NCBI GenBank assembly: GCA_034006465.1
Contig: JAVEST010000001.1
Coordinates: 6,116 to 70,115 of the forward strand
Reading direction: 5' to 3'
Source of the DNA: Sulfurimonas sp.
GTDB taxonomy: Bacteria; Campylobacterota; Campylobacteria; Campylobacterales; Sulfurimonadaceae
Length of the DNA: 64,000 bases
The notes below the pieces were generated by a model. It was not told where the DNA came from. It ran no database searches and saw only the letters and a program-made list of their open reading frames with translations. This document shows, piece by piece, positions 38,574-47,537 of the stretch. Positions within the stretch are counted from its first letter, which is position 1, and each line of letters opens with the position of its first letter. A program made the position numbers and the translations under genes.

Positions 38574-40265
38574 CTAAATTTTAGATTGAATGGTTATTTT
38601 TGTAGCTTCAAAAAGTTCTATGGCTTTTTGTACCATTGGCTCATTTTGGATGTCTGAGCCATTTATCTCTCGTACATCTTGTTTAGATGAGGAACAAGAA
38701 GTTACACAACTAGAACTTCCACCAATCTCGGCATCTTCTATCATAGAAGTGCTCTGCTCATACTCTTTTGTATCGTTTATGGATTCATTTTTTTTTTGAA
38801 CTATCTCTTTTGAGCAAGGTTCGTGCTTTATTTTTGTCTCAAAACCAAAGATGTCACGAACAAGATGTTTTATAACTGAAAAACCATGAGTTAAGACCTT
38901 TTTGCACTCTTCGTTCGCACAACTCTCCCATGTCAGAGTCTCATCTACATAAGAGATAAAACTGATGGACTCTTCAAAGCAGACACCAAGGGGAGCATTT
39001 CTATCTTTTATGCTCTGTTTTAACTCATCAAACATCTCTAGTGAGAGGTTTGGTAGTTTTAGCTCTTCTTGTGGTTCTGAAGTCTCTTGCTTAGTTTCTG
39101 GTTGTATAGCATCTAACTGTATATCTTCTGGCTTATCAGTCTCTTCTAAAACACTCTCATATGGCTCTATTTTTACGCTTGAAATTTGAGGCCTTTGTAT
39201 CTCTTTTTGCAGGGATTCTATCATCTGATCAACCTCTTTTATGCGGAGGGCTTCGACCATCTTAAAAAAGATTAAAGATAGAACAAAAGAGCCATCAGCG
39301 TTGATGCTAAAGAGATATTTTGAGTCACTTAAGATCCTAAAAAATCTCTCTATTACTAGAGTAGAAAAGAGAGCATCTTGGTTATACATTCTCTCTTTTA
39401 AATAAACAATTAGTTCATCTACAACCATCTCGGCTTCATAATCTTCTAATATCTTAGTAAACTCAACAAGTTTTGCATAGTCTTTTGCAAAAACTGCACT
39501 AAAGAGATCCATAATAAACTTAGGGTCAACAAGCCCCAACATATCTGTAACAGTATTTACATCAACATGATTTTTAGAGTAGATTATGGCTTGATCGAGC
39601 AGAGTTAGAGTGTCTCTTAAACTGCCATTTCCACTTCTTGCAAGGATTTCTAGTGCATCACTCTCATACTCTATCTCTTCAAGGTTTAAGATGTGTGCTA
39701 TGTGGTCCACGATTTTTTTAGTGGCGATAGACTTAAATCTAAAGTGTTGAGTTCGGCTAAGTATGGTGGCTGGAAGTTTTAGAGGATCTGTTGTTGCTAA
39801 GATAAACTTAACATAACTCGGAGGCTCTTCTAGAGTCTTTAAAAGAGCGTTAAAAGCTTCTTTTGTGAGCATATGGACTTCATCTATGATAAATATTTTA
39901 AACCTTGCAGATGCGGGTTTATATTTAGTTTGTTCTATCAAATCTCTTATGTCATCAATCTTTCTTGAAGATGCAGCGTCCATCTCAACTATGTCCATAT
40001 GGCGGTTCTCTAGGGCTAAGATGCAGTTTTGACATACTCCACAGGGATTGTGAGAAACACCATTTTCACAGATGAGCGCTTTTGCAAAGATGCGAGCTGT
40101 TGAAGTCTTCCCACTTCCTCTTAGCCCTGAGAATAGGTAAGCGTGAGAGAGTCTTTTTGAATCAAGCGCTAATGAGAGAGTTTGAGAGATAGTCTCCTGA
40201 CCTATAAGCTCGTCAAAGTTTGATGGTCGATACTTTCTTGCTAATACTTCAGAAGATTCTTTCAC
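38574..40265 (-). CDS. dnaX: DNA polymerase III subunit gamma/tau
   Basis: LARKYRP, GLRGSGKTS, CGVCQNC, IIDEVHML, SRTQHF; start set at GTG 40265. Confidence 0.96.
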   Translation of the reverse strand: MKESSEVLARKYRPSNFDELIGQETISQTLSLALDSKRLSHAYLFSGLRGSGKTSTARIFAKALICENGVSHNPCGVCQNCILALENRHMDIVEMDAASSRKIDDIRDLIEQTKYKPASARFKIFIIDEVHMLTKEAFNALLKTLEEPPSYVKFILATTDPLKLPATILSRTQHFRFKSIATKKIVDHIAHILNLEEIEYESDALEILARSGNGSLRDTLTLLDQAIIYSKNHVDVNTVTDMLGLVDPKFIMDLFSAVFAKDYAKLVEFTKILEDYEAEMVVDELIVYLKERMYNQDALFSTLVIERFFRILSDSKYLFSINADGSFVLSLIFFKMVEALRIKEVDQMIESLQKEIQRPQISSVKIEPYESVLEETDKPEDIQLDAIQPETKQETSEPQEELKLPNLSLEMFDELKQSIKDRNAPLGVCFEESISFISYVDETLTWESCANEECKKVLTHGFSVIKHLVRDIFGFETKIKHEPCSKEIVQKKNESINDTKEYEQSTSMIEDAEIGGSSSCVTSCSSSKQDVREINGSDIQNEPMVQKAIELFEATKITIQSKI

Positions 40266-40394
40266 ATGCAACCCCAGATTTAATTTGGGTGATTTTAACA
40301 TCTAAAGGGTTAAAATATCATTTAAAATTCTCTTTTATAGGAGATTTTAATAGTATCGATGATAACATTTCACTATTAAATTTGAGAGTATGAT

Positions 40395-41438
40395 ATGAAT
40401 GTAAAGAGTAAAAATATTGCAGTTGTAAACTTTATAGGCGTTGTCGAAGAGCGTAACGCTAGGCTGATACAGAGCTTGATAATTTCCAAGCTAGAAATGT
40501 ATAAAGAACAAAAGATAAAAGCTGTTTTAATCTCTTTTAAGAGTGCTGTATATAAAGAAAACAACGAGGGCTTAGTTTCTTTAGTGAAAATTTTAGATGC
40601 GTTAGCTAAGAATACAGGGCTCGGATTTGCTATTGTTGACTATAGTGTTGAACTTTTTAAAATACTAAAAAGAGTCGCAAGAGGCTCAAAAGTAAAACTC
40701 TTTAAAAATGAAAATGTTGCGACTCTTTTTTTAGATCCAAAAGTATATAAAAAAGCGATTTGCGTTTTAGTCTATGATGATGATGAGCAAAACTCAAAAG
40801 ATTTGGCGACTGAGCTCTCAAAGTATGGTTACTCCGTTATTCGTGCAAAAGATGCAAAAGAGTTTCAAGATAAGATGCAAGACAAAGCACACGATATTAT
40901 TATCACTCAAAGTGCTTTAAATGAGAAAATAGCCAATGCAACAGAGTCAAAAAGTAAGCTACTCTTATCTAAAAAACTCATAGTAAATCTACCTGTTTTT
41001 ATGGACACAGCAGTTGAAACACTTGTCTCTTTCACAGGACTTCAAGCGCAAAAATCAGCCCATAGCATCAAAGGTTTTGACACAAGTATAGATGCTGATA
41101 ATATTTGTGCTGTTATGCATTTTAAAGGTGATTTGGAAGGTTTTTTCACACTTGTATTTCCTAAGACTCTAGCCGTTATAACATTAGAATCACTTCTAGG
41201 TGAAGAGATAAGTGATAACGATATGGACACTCTAAGAGATGGAGTAGGAGAGTTTTGTAACATTATAACGGGGTCTATAAAGACAGCATTTGACAGAAAA
41301 GACACTAAGCTTATGTTTGATCTTCCAAAGACTTATAACTCTCTAAAAGCGACTCAAGGGCATATTGGTGAAAACAACGGTGTTTGGATAGATATGCAAC
41401 TAGCCGATAAGCCTTTTTATATGTTTATAACAAAGTAA
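40395..41438 (+). CDS. CheX-domain protein with extended N-terminal domains
   Basis: C-terminal DGVGEFCNIITGS (E-x2-N phosphatase motif) and FDLP; central VLVYDDDEQ..GYSV receiver-like fragment. Confidence 0.75.
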   Translation: MNVKSKNIAVVNFIGVVEERNARLIQSLIISKLEMYKEQKIKAVLISFKSAVYKENNEGLVSLVKILDALAKNTGLGFAIVDYSVELFKILKRVARGSKVKLFKNENVATLFLDPKVYKKAICVLVYDDDEQNSKDLATELSKYGYSVIRAKDAKEFQDKMQDKAHDIIITQSALNEKIANATESKSKLLLSKKLIVNLPVFMDTAVETLVSFTGLQAQKSAHSIKGFDTSIDADNICAVMHFKGDLEGFFTLVFPKTLAVITLESLLGEEISDNDMDTLRDGVGEFCNIITGSIKTAFDRKDTKLMFDLPKTYNSLKATQGHIGENNGVWIDMQLADKPFYMFITK

Positions 41439-41549
41439 CTAAAGTCATTCTCTTCTTATTTATTATTTGCAAAAAGTGAAGATCTCTAAAAGCTAAAAAA
41501 TATTTAAGAACTTTCATAAAAGTTTCTAGCATCTTACTTTTAACCTCGC

Positions 41550-41568
41550 TCCCAAGTTTTACTTGGGA
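41550..41568. terminator. Palindrome between convergent genes (terminator or REP-like)
   Basis: tcccaagt-ttt-acttggga 8-bp stem. Confidence 0.5.
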
Positions 41569-41611
41569 ACTAGACAAAATTCAAGGTTCCGAAAAAGAGT
41601 TGCAAGGTTTT

Positions 41612-42355
41612 TTAAAGAGATAACCACTTAGTTGCAGTAGCCTTTAGTGCATCTGGGTTTTCTGATGCAAAGAATTTTAATGTAGGTTTTTTGTACTTGT
41701 GAGTAAATTCAAACTCTCTTTGCAAATACTCAACTATGGCATCCCCTGAGTGAATGATTGTGCAATCATTAGAGAAGTAGTTTTTTATGGAGCCTGATAT
41801 AAGTGGAAAATGGGTGCATCCAAGTATGATGGCATCTGGTTTTTGTATATCTTTAAAGTAGTGTTTTAGCGTTGCATCTAAAACCTCTCCGCTATATATC
41901 TCCTCTTCAACTATTGGCACAAAAAGCCCTGTAGCTTTTGCTTGAAGGTTTTTATAGCCTCTCTTGTTTAAACCTAGCTCATAAGCTTTAGAATTAATGG
42001 TAGCTTTTGTAGCAATTATTAGGATGTTTGAATCTTTCTTAGGAAGTGAGTTTACAGTAGCTAAGATGCCAGCCTCTACAACACCAATAACAGGGCAAGA
42101 AGCACTCTCTCTCATCTCATCAAGTGCGTAAGCACTCACAGTATTACAAGCTACAATAATGAGATCTAGTTCAAAGTTTTTAAAAAACTCAACTGCTTCT
42201 ATGGCGTAGCGAATAATAGTGTTTTTATCTTTGATGCCATAAGGGACGCGAGCTGTATCTCCAAAGTAGATAATCTCTTCAAAAAGATTATGCTCAAGAA
42301 GTGATTTTACAACTGTTAAACCACCAATCCCACTATCGAATACGCCTATTTTCAT
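41612..42355 (-). CDS. murI: Glutamate racemase
   Basis: FDSGIGGLTV, YFGDTARVPYG, VACNTVS, LGCTHFP. Confidence 0.97.
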   Translation of the reverse strand: MKIGVFDSGIGGLTVVKSLLEHNLFEEIIYFGDTARVPYGIKDKNTIIRYAIEAVEFFKNFELDLIIVACNTVSAYALDEMRESASCPVIGVVEAGILATVNSLPKKDSNILIIATKATINSKAYELGLNKRGYKNLQAKATGLFVPIVEEEIYSGEVLDATLKHYFKDIQKPDAIILGCTHFPLISGSIKNYFSNDCTIIHSGDAIVEYLQREFEFTHKYKKPTLKFFASENPDALKATATKWLSL

Positions 42356-42374
42356 CGTTATTTGTCTCCTTGAA

Positions 42375-42416
42375 GAGGAACAAGTCCCTCTACAATTCTT
42401 CTCACTAAAGCTACGC
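42375..42416 (-). other. GGA-CTTG-TTC hairpin in the murI leader, related to the 25.4-kb repeat
   Basis: Minus strand reads gcgtag...gaggga-cttg-ttcctc directly before the AAGGAG RBS. Confidence 0.45.
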
Positions 42417-42430
42417 CTATTGGCGAAAGT

Positions 42431-43771
42431 CTATTTTTCAGTATTCATGCTCTCTAAGAACTCAGCATTAGTCTCTTTTTTGCCCATGGTTGTGTAGATA
42501 AACTTTAGAGCTTCAATCTCGTTGTCTTGCTTGTGTAGCATTTGACGAAGGATAAATACTTTTTGAAGAGTATCAGGGCCGATAAGAAGTTCATCTTTTC
42601 TAGTTCCAGATTTTAGTATATCAATAGCTGGGAAGATTCTTCTCTCCGCTATCTTTCTATCTAGGACTACTTCAGAGTTTCCAGTACCTTTGAACTCCTC
42701 AAAAATAACTTCATCCATTCTGCTCCCAGTATCTACAAGCGCAGTGGCAATAATAGTTAAACTTCCACCTTTTTCAATATTTCTAGCTGCTCCAAAAAAT
42801 CTCTTTGGTTTATGTAGAGCATTAGCATCTACACCACCAGAGAGGACTTTACCGCTAGATGGCGTTACAGTATTATAAGCACGAGCAAGGCGGGTGATAG
42901 AGTCAAGAAGGATAACAACATCTTTACCTAACTCAACTCTTCTTTTTGCTTTTTCTATAACCATCTCAGCAACCTTAACATGGTTTTTTGCTGGCATATC
43001 AAAAGTAGAGCTATAAACCTCTCCTTTTACACTTCTTTCCATATCTGTAACCTCTTCAGGTCTCTCATCAACAAGAAGAACCATAAGGTCAATCTCTGGA
43101 TGATTTGCAGCGATACCGTGAGCTATCTCTTTTAAAAGCTCAGTTTTACCACTTCTTGGAGGTGCAACAATCAAGCCTCTTTGACCCTTACCAATAGGAG
43201 AAAAAAGGTCCATCATCCGACCTGTTAAACCTTTTTCTCTGTACTCTAACTTTATCTGGTCTAGTGCATAAATCGGAGTTAGATTTTCAAAGAGAGGTCT
43301 TTTTTTACTCTCTTCAGGAGGCAAGCCATTTACCGCTTCTATCTTTATAAGAGCATAGTAGCGTTCTTGATCTTTTGGAGGTCTTACTTGGCCAGTTACC
43401 ACATCCCCGTTTCTTAGAGCAAAACGGCGGATTTGAGTGTTTGATACATAAGCATCATTTATACTCTCATTAAAACTTTTATCTATGGAACGGATAAATC
43501 CATATCCATCTTGCATAATCTCTAAGATTCCACTAAAGAGGATAAAACCACCTTGTTCAGTCTGAGCTTTGAGTATTTCAAAGATAACATCTTGTCTTTT
43601 TAACTCATTTGGATGCTCTACATTTAACTCTGAGGCGATAGAAACAAGCTCTTCTATACTTTTAGTGCGTAATTCTTCTACGCTTGCGCCTTTAACTGGT
43701 TTGTGAGTTCTTGATTTGGAGTTGGTTTTTGTACTTGTCTTGCGGGGTGTTTGTGAATTGTTTTCACTCAT
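42431..43771 (-). CDS. rho: Transcription termination factor Rho
   Basis: [46 protein letters not shown]. Confidence 0.98.
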   Translation of the reverse strand: MSENNSQTPRKTSTKTNSKSRTHKPVKGASVEELRTKSIEELVSIASELNVEHPNELKRQDVIFEILKAQTEQGGFILFSGILEIMQDGYGFIRSIDKSFNESINDAYVSNTQIRRFALRNGDVVTGQVRPPKDQERYYALIKIEAVNGLPPEESKKRPLFENLTPIYALDQIKLEYREKGLTGRMMDLFSPIGKGQRGLIVAPPRSGKTELLKEIAHGIAANHPEIDLMVLLVDERPEEVTDMERSVKGEVYSSTFDMPAKNHVKVAEMVIEKAKRRVELGKDVVILLDSITRLARAYNTVTPSSGKVLSGGVDANALHKPKRFFGAARNIEKGGSLTIIATALVDTGSRMDEVIFEEFKGTGNSEVVLDRKIAERRIFPAIDILKSGTRKDELLIGPDTLQKVFILRQMLHKQDNEIEALKFIYTTMGKKETNAEFLESMNTEK

Positions 43772-43837
43772 AAAATATTTACCTTAGTTTGGTTTTGGAT
43801 ATGTATTGAAGGGGATTATTATAGTTTTAATGACGAG

Positions 43838-43867
43838 ATTTTACAATAATAAACCCTCTAAAGTCAA
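43838..43867 (-). promoter_or_regulatory. Sigma70-type promoter of rho
   Basis: TTGACT-N18-TAAAAT on the minus strand; a second TATAAT at 43823-43818. Confidence 0.55.
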
Positions 43868-43881
43868 GTGTGTAGGCGATT

Positions 43882-44376
43882 TTACTCTTTTATCCCATCA
43901 AGAGTTTTAAAAAGTAACTCAGATAGTGTCGCTCTCTCTTTAGCATTGACATGACTAAACATCTTCTCTTCTAGCTCTATAACATCTCTAAGAGACTTCT
44001 CAACTATCTGCTTGCCACTCTTTGAAAGTCTCACAAGCTTACTTCTTTTGTCTTCTTTGTTATCAAGCCTCTTTATAAAGCCTTTTACTTCTAGTTTTTT
44101 TAAAACTTTTGTCATTCCACCAGAAGAGAAAAAGAGTCTTTCATATAACTTTGTAGGAGTTAATGTGTGCTTTTCATCTACAGATGAGTGAAGTGATGAG
44201 AGAACATCAAGCTCACTAGTTGAGATAGAGTATTTATCCTCCAAAAGAGTAGCGATGTGGGCTAAAATCTTTTCAGAGATGAGAATAAGAGGTAGAGTTA
44301 CATAGCCTATATTACTGCCGTTTGAGATATTTTTGTCTTTTTTGCTTAAGTGTAAGATTAGCTCATTTGAATTCAT
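43882..44376 (-). CDS. MarR-family transcriptional regulator
   Basis: ELDVLSSL, LTPTKL, SSGGMTKVLKKLE.KGFIKR, DKRSKLVRL winged helix; start set at the second ATG (44376). Confidence 0.92.
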   Translation of the reverse strand: MNSNELILHLSKKDKNISNGSNIGYVTLPLILISEKILAHIATLLEDKYSISTSELDVLSSLHSSVDEKHTLTPTKLYERLFFSSGGMTKVLKKLEVKGFIKRLDNKEDKRSKLVRLSKSGKQIVEKSLRDVIELEEKMFSHVNAKERATLSELLFKTLDGIKE

Positions 44377-44383
44377 AAAGTGC

Positions 44384-44418
44384 ATTATACTCAGATAAGA
44401 CTTTTAAGTAAATGCTTA
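44384..44418 (-). promoter_or_regulatory. marR promoter (-10 TATAAT) and palindromic operator candidate
   Basis: TATAAT at 44389-44384, 7 nt before ATG 44376; taagta-aa-tgctta near-palindrome at 44405-44418. Confidence 0.5.
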
Positions 44419-44432
44419 CGCAAATATCGGTA

Positions 44433-44855
44433 TTAATCGCTCTTTTGTGCTAGTTGTTTTACGACTGCATCTATAGAATTTTTATACCTTTTATTGTCTT
44501 TTATTTTATCAAAACTGCAGCTTAACATAGAGTAGATAAAAAACTTCGATTTTTTATCATATAGGCTTTTTAACATATAGATGATTGTTTTTGGCGAGAT
44601 ATGGTGGCTAAGGTTAAGATTGTCTTGCTCAGTTAAGGAGCAGGCTAGGGCGTAGTGGTTTTTTTCATCATAAGAAGCATCTATAAAGATTATTTCATTG
44701 GCATCTAAGAGTTGTAAAACTACTTCTGGAGTGAGTTGATGCAAAGATATGAGTTTTGTATTTTCCAAACCTAGCTTTTGGAGTTTTTTTATAGCATCAA
44801 CTCCAAAAGCATCTTCGCCTCTTAGCTCATTTCCATAGCCTATGATTACCCTCAT
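44433..44855 (-). CDS. hoxW: Hydrogenase maturation endopeptidase (HoxW-like)
   Basis: IGYGNELRGEDAFG, HQLTPE, FIDAS, SHH; directly after the large subunit gene. Confidence 0.88.
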   Translation of the reverse strand: MRVIIGYGNELRGEDAFGVDAIKKLQKLGLENTKLISLHQLTPEVVLQLLDANEIIFIDASYDEKNHYALACSLTEQDNLNLSHHISPKTIIYMLKSLYDKKSKFFIYSMLSCSFDKIKDNKRYKNSIDAVVKQLAQKSD

Positions 44856-46285
44856 TAGCTTCTCTCAAACACCTTTATTATCTTTTTATTATGGTCTCTT
44901 ACTTCTACTTTTGAAGATACAATCCCTAGTGCATGAGTAGAACAGCTAAGACAAGGGTCAAAACATCTAATCACTGCTTCAACTCTGTTTAGTGCACCAT
45001 CTGTTATGTTTTTTGGATCTACAAATCTTTGAGCAACTTGCTTAACCCCAGCGTTCATTGCTAAGTTGTTATTTCCAGTTGCAATTATAAGGTTAACTCC
45101 CGTGATGATGCCATCTTTTGTTACATGGTACTCATGAAAGAGAGTCCCTCTAGGAGCTTCTGAACACCCAACGCCTCTTTCATAACTGACTGTTGAAGTT
45201 GACCTTACATTATCACTCATCGTCTCATCACACTTTAAAAGTTCTTCTATCTTCTCGATAGCATAGATCATCTCGATAAGTCTTGCATAGTGGTAGTAAA
45301 AGGTGTTAAGAACAGGTTTTCCACCATTTAGAGCTTTGAACTTTATAAGTTCTTTGTCGGCTAAAGGAGTTCCACATGTTTTAGCGATGTTTACTCTAGC
45401 TAATGCACCTACACGGTACATCCCTTGTGGATATCCCATAGGTTTGTAGTATGGAGATTTTAGGTAGCTAAAATCTTCAACCGCTTCGCCTATAAACTCT
45501 TTATAGTCCCTAGGTTCAATCTTATCTTTTAAAATATTTCCTTCGCTGTCCATAAAACAAAGTTTTCCATTATAGTGCTCAAGCGTACCCTCATCATTTG
45601 ATATTGCCATAAAAAGTGATGGAAATGCACCTAAATAGTCTATCTCTTCTTGAAATTTATGTAGGTTTTCTCTAAAAAATTCTAAAGCACTCTGTGCTAT
45701 TTTTAACATATCTGGAACTTGTTCTAAGATAGCCTCTTTTGTGGACTCTTCTATCTTATGTGAGGCTCCGCCTGGGATGATTCCTGTAGGATGAATCCTT
45801 TTGCCTGCTAAATCTTCTATGATTTTTTGCCCAAACGCTCTTAGGTTTATACCATCTCTTGCCATTTGTGGATGTGTCTGCATCATCTTAAAGATATTTC
45901 TATCCTCTTTTGGAGCATCAAAGCCGTAGATAAAATCAGGGCTTGAGAGATGATAAAAGTTTAGTGTATGAGACTGAAGCATCTGAGCAAGATTTACGAT
46001 TTTTCTTATATTTACACCTGCTTTTGGAGGAGTGACGCCAAGTATCTCATCTATGGCTTTTGTAGCTGAGACCACATGACTCACTGGACAGATGCCACAT
46101 GTTCTAGCTGTTAGAGCTGGCATCTCTGTGTAGGGCCTACCCTCACAAAATTTCTCAAAACCACGGTACTGAGTCACATGAATCTTCGCATCTTCAACCT
46201 TACCGCTCTCATCTATATCTATAGTTATTTTTGCATGACCTTCAATTCTTGTTACTGGGTCTATGATTATTGTCTTTTTTTGCAT
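44855..46285 (-). CDS. hoxH: [NiFe]-hydrogenase large subunit, group 3d-type
   Basis: DPVTRIEGH, RGFEKF, RTCGICPVSH (L1), EAPRGTLFH, DPCLSCSTH (L2) plus a cleavable C-terminal tail. Confidence 0.95.
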   Translation of the reverse strand: MQKKTIIIDPVTRIEGHAKITIDIDESGKVEDAKIHVTQYRGFEKFCEGRPYTEMPALTARTCGICPVSHVVSATKAIDEILGVTPPKAGVNIRKIVNLAQMLQSHTLNFYHLSSPDFIYGFDAPKEDRNIFKMMQTHPQMARDGINLRAFGQKIIEDLAGKRIHPTGIIPGGASHKIEESTKEAILEQVPDMLKIAQSALEFFRENLHKFQEEIDYLGAFPSLFMAISNDEGTLEHYNGKLCFMDSEGNILKDKIEPRDYKEFIGEAVEDFSYLKSPYYKPMGYPQGMYRVGALARVNIAKTCGTPLADKELIKFKALNGGKPVLNTFYYHYARLIEMIYAIEKIEELLKCDETMSDNVRSTSTVSYERGVGCSEAPRGTLFHEYHVTKDGIITGVNLIIATGNNNLAMNAGVKQVAQRFVDPKNITDGALNRVEAVIRCFDPCLSCSTHALGIVSSKVEVRDHNKKIIKVFERS

Positions 46286-46287
46286 AA

Positions 46288-46821
46288 TTATTTTCCAAAC
46301 CTCGTTAGTTCATGTATTTTTATCTCTCTGCCTTCTATGAGAGCTTTAAGCATCTCATAGATTGCATCTGCTGGGGTAGGGCAACCTGGCAAAAAGTAGT
46401 CCACTTTTACAGCCTCATGTAGAGGTATAACCATGTCAAGGAGTGTTGGCACTACTTTTGATGGATACTCATGGTTTAAATCAGCAAGATCAAAATAGCC
46501 CTTTTGCAAAATCGCCTCACTACCATAGAGATTTTTCATAGCAGAAACATTTCCTGTAATCGCGCAATCCCCTAGAGCTAATATTAGCTTAGAGTTTTTT
46601 CTTATCTTTTTTATCATCTTTATGTCGTGGTCGGTGCTTAGAGCTCCTTCGACTATAGTTAAGTCAACATTCTCTGGAAACTCTTTCATATCAACATAGG
46701 GGCTGTAAACAACATCCACATACTCGGCTAACTCGATAAGTCTCTCATCCATATCTAAAAAAGACATATGACAACCAGAACAGCCATCAAGCCAGATGGT
46801 ACCTAGGCGTATTTTTTTCAT
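46288..46821 (-). CDS. hoxY: [NiFe]-hydrogenase small subunit
   Basis: WLDGCSGCHMSFLD, GDCAITGNV, LPGCPT; short single-cluster form. Confidence 0.93.
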   Translation of the reverse strand: MKKIRLGTIWLDGCSGCHMSFLDMDERLIELAEYVDVVYSPYVDMKEFPENVDLTIVEGALSTDHDIKMIKKIRKNSKLILALGDCAITGNVSAMKNLYGSEAILQKGYFDLADLNHEYPSKVVPTLLDMVIPLHEAVKVDYFLPGCPTPADAIYEMLKALIEGREIKIHELTRFGK

Positions 46822-47537
46822 TTTTGACCCCTGTTTTTAACAAGCTCTGTAACAATCTCTCGTTTTTTAATAATCTCTTCTTCACTTATATCTTTTTCAT
46901 AAAGCGCACCAGTAGGGCAGACATATACACACTTTCCACAACTCGTACAGCTTGTGGAATCAGCCCATGGTTCATCCATATCGTGGATTACTCTAGTGCC
47001 CAAACCTCTACCAAAAAGGTCAAGTGCGTGAGCTCCTTCTATCTCATCACAAACTCTGATACATCTCGTACACAAGATACATTTGTTTGGATCATTTACA
47101 AAGTTTTTATGTGAAGCATCTATCTCAAATCTTTGATTGAGATATGGGGTAAAACTGTGGCTAAGTTCAAGTTCTACGGATTTACTTTGAAGCTGGCAAT
47201 CCCCATTAACAACACAAGTACTACATGTATGATAACGCTCAGAAAACATCATGGAGAGAATCATCTCTCTTGCAGCTTTTATCTTAGGTGAGGAGGTGGT
47301 TACTTCCATTCCTTCTTTTATCTTTGCAGTACATGAGGGTATAGGTTCATGGCGTCCATCTATCTCGACTATGCACATTCTACATGAACCAACATCGCTA
47401 AGACCTCTTAAGTGACATAGTGTAGGAATATCGATACCGTTATCACGAGCGACCTCAAGTATGGTCTGGTTTGACTGCCCCGTGACGCAGATGCCGTCTA
47501 TCTTAAAATTTTTAACTCTTACTTTTGCTTTAATCAT
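46818..47537 (-). CDS. hoxU: Diaphorase Fe-S subunit
   Basis: IPTLCH..GSCRMC..C (2Fe-2S), HTCSTC...[26 protein letters not shown]. Confidence 0.93.
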   Translation of the reverse strand: MIKAKVRVKNFKIDGICVTGQSNQTILEVARDNGIDIPTLCHLRGLSDVGSCRMCIVEIDGRHEPIPSCTAKIKEGMEVTTSSPKIKAAREMILSMMFSERYHTCSTCVVNGDCQLQSKSVELELSHSFTPYLNQRFEIDASHKNFVNDPNKCILCTRCIRVCDEIEGAHALDLFGRGLGTRVIHDMDEPWADSTSCTSCGKCVYVCPTGALYEKDISEEEIIKKREIVTELVKNRGQK

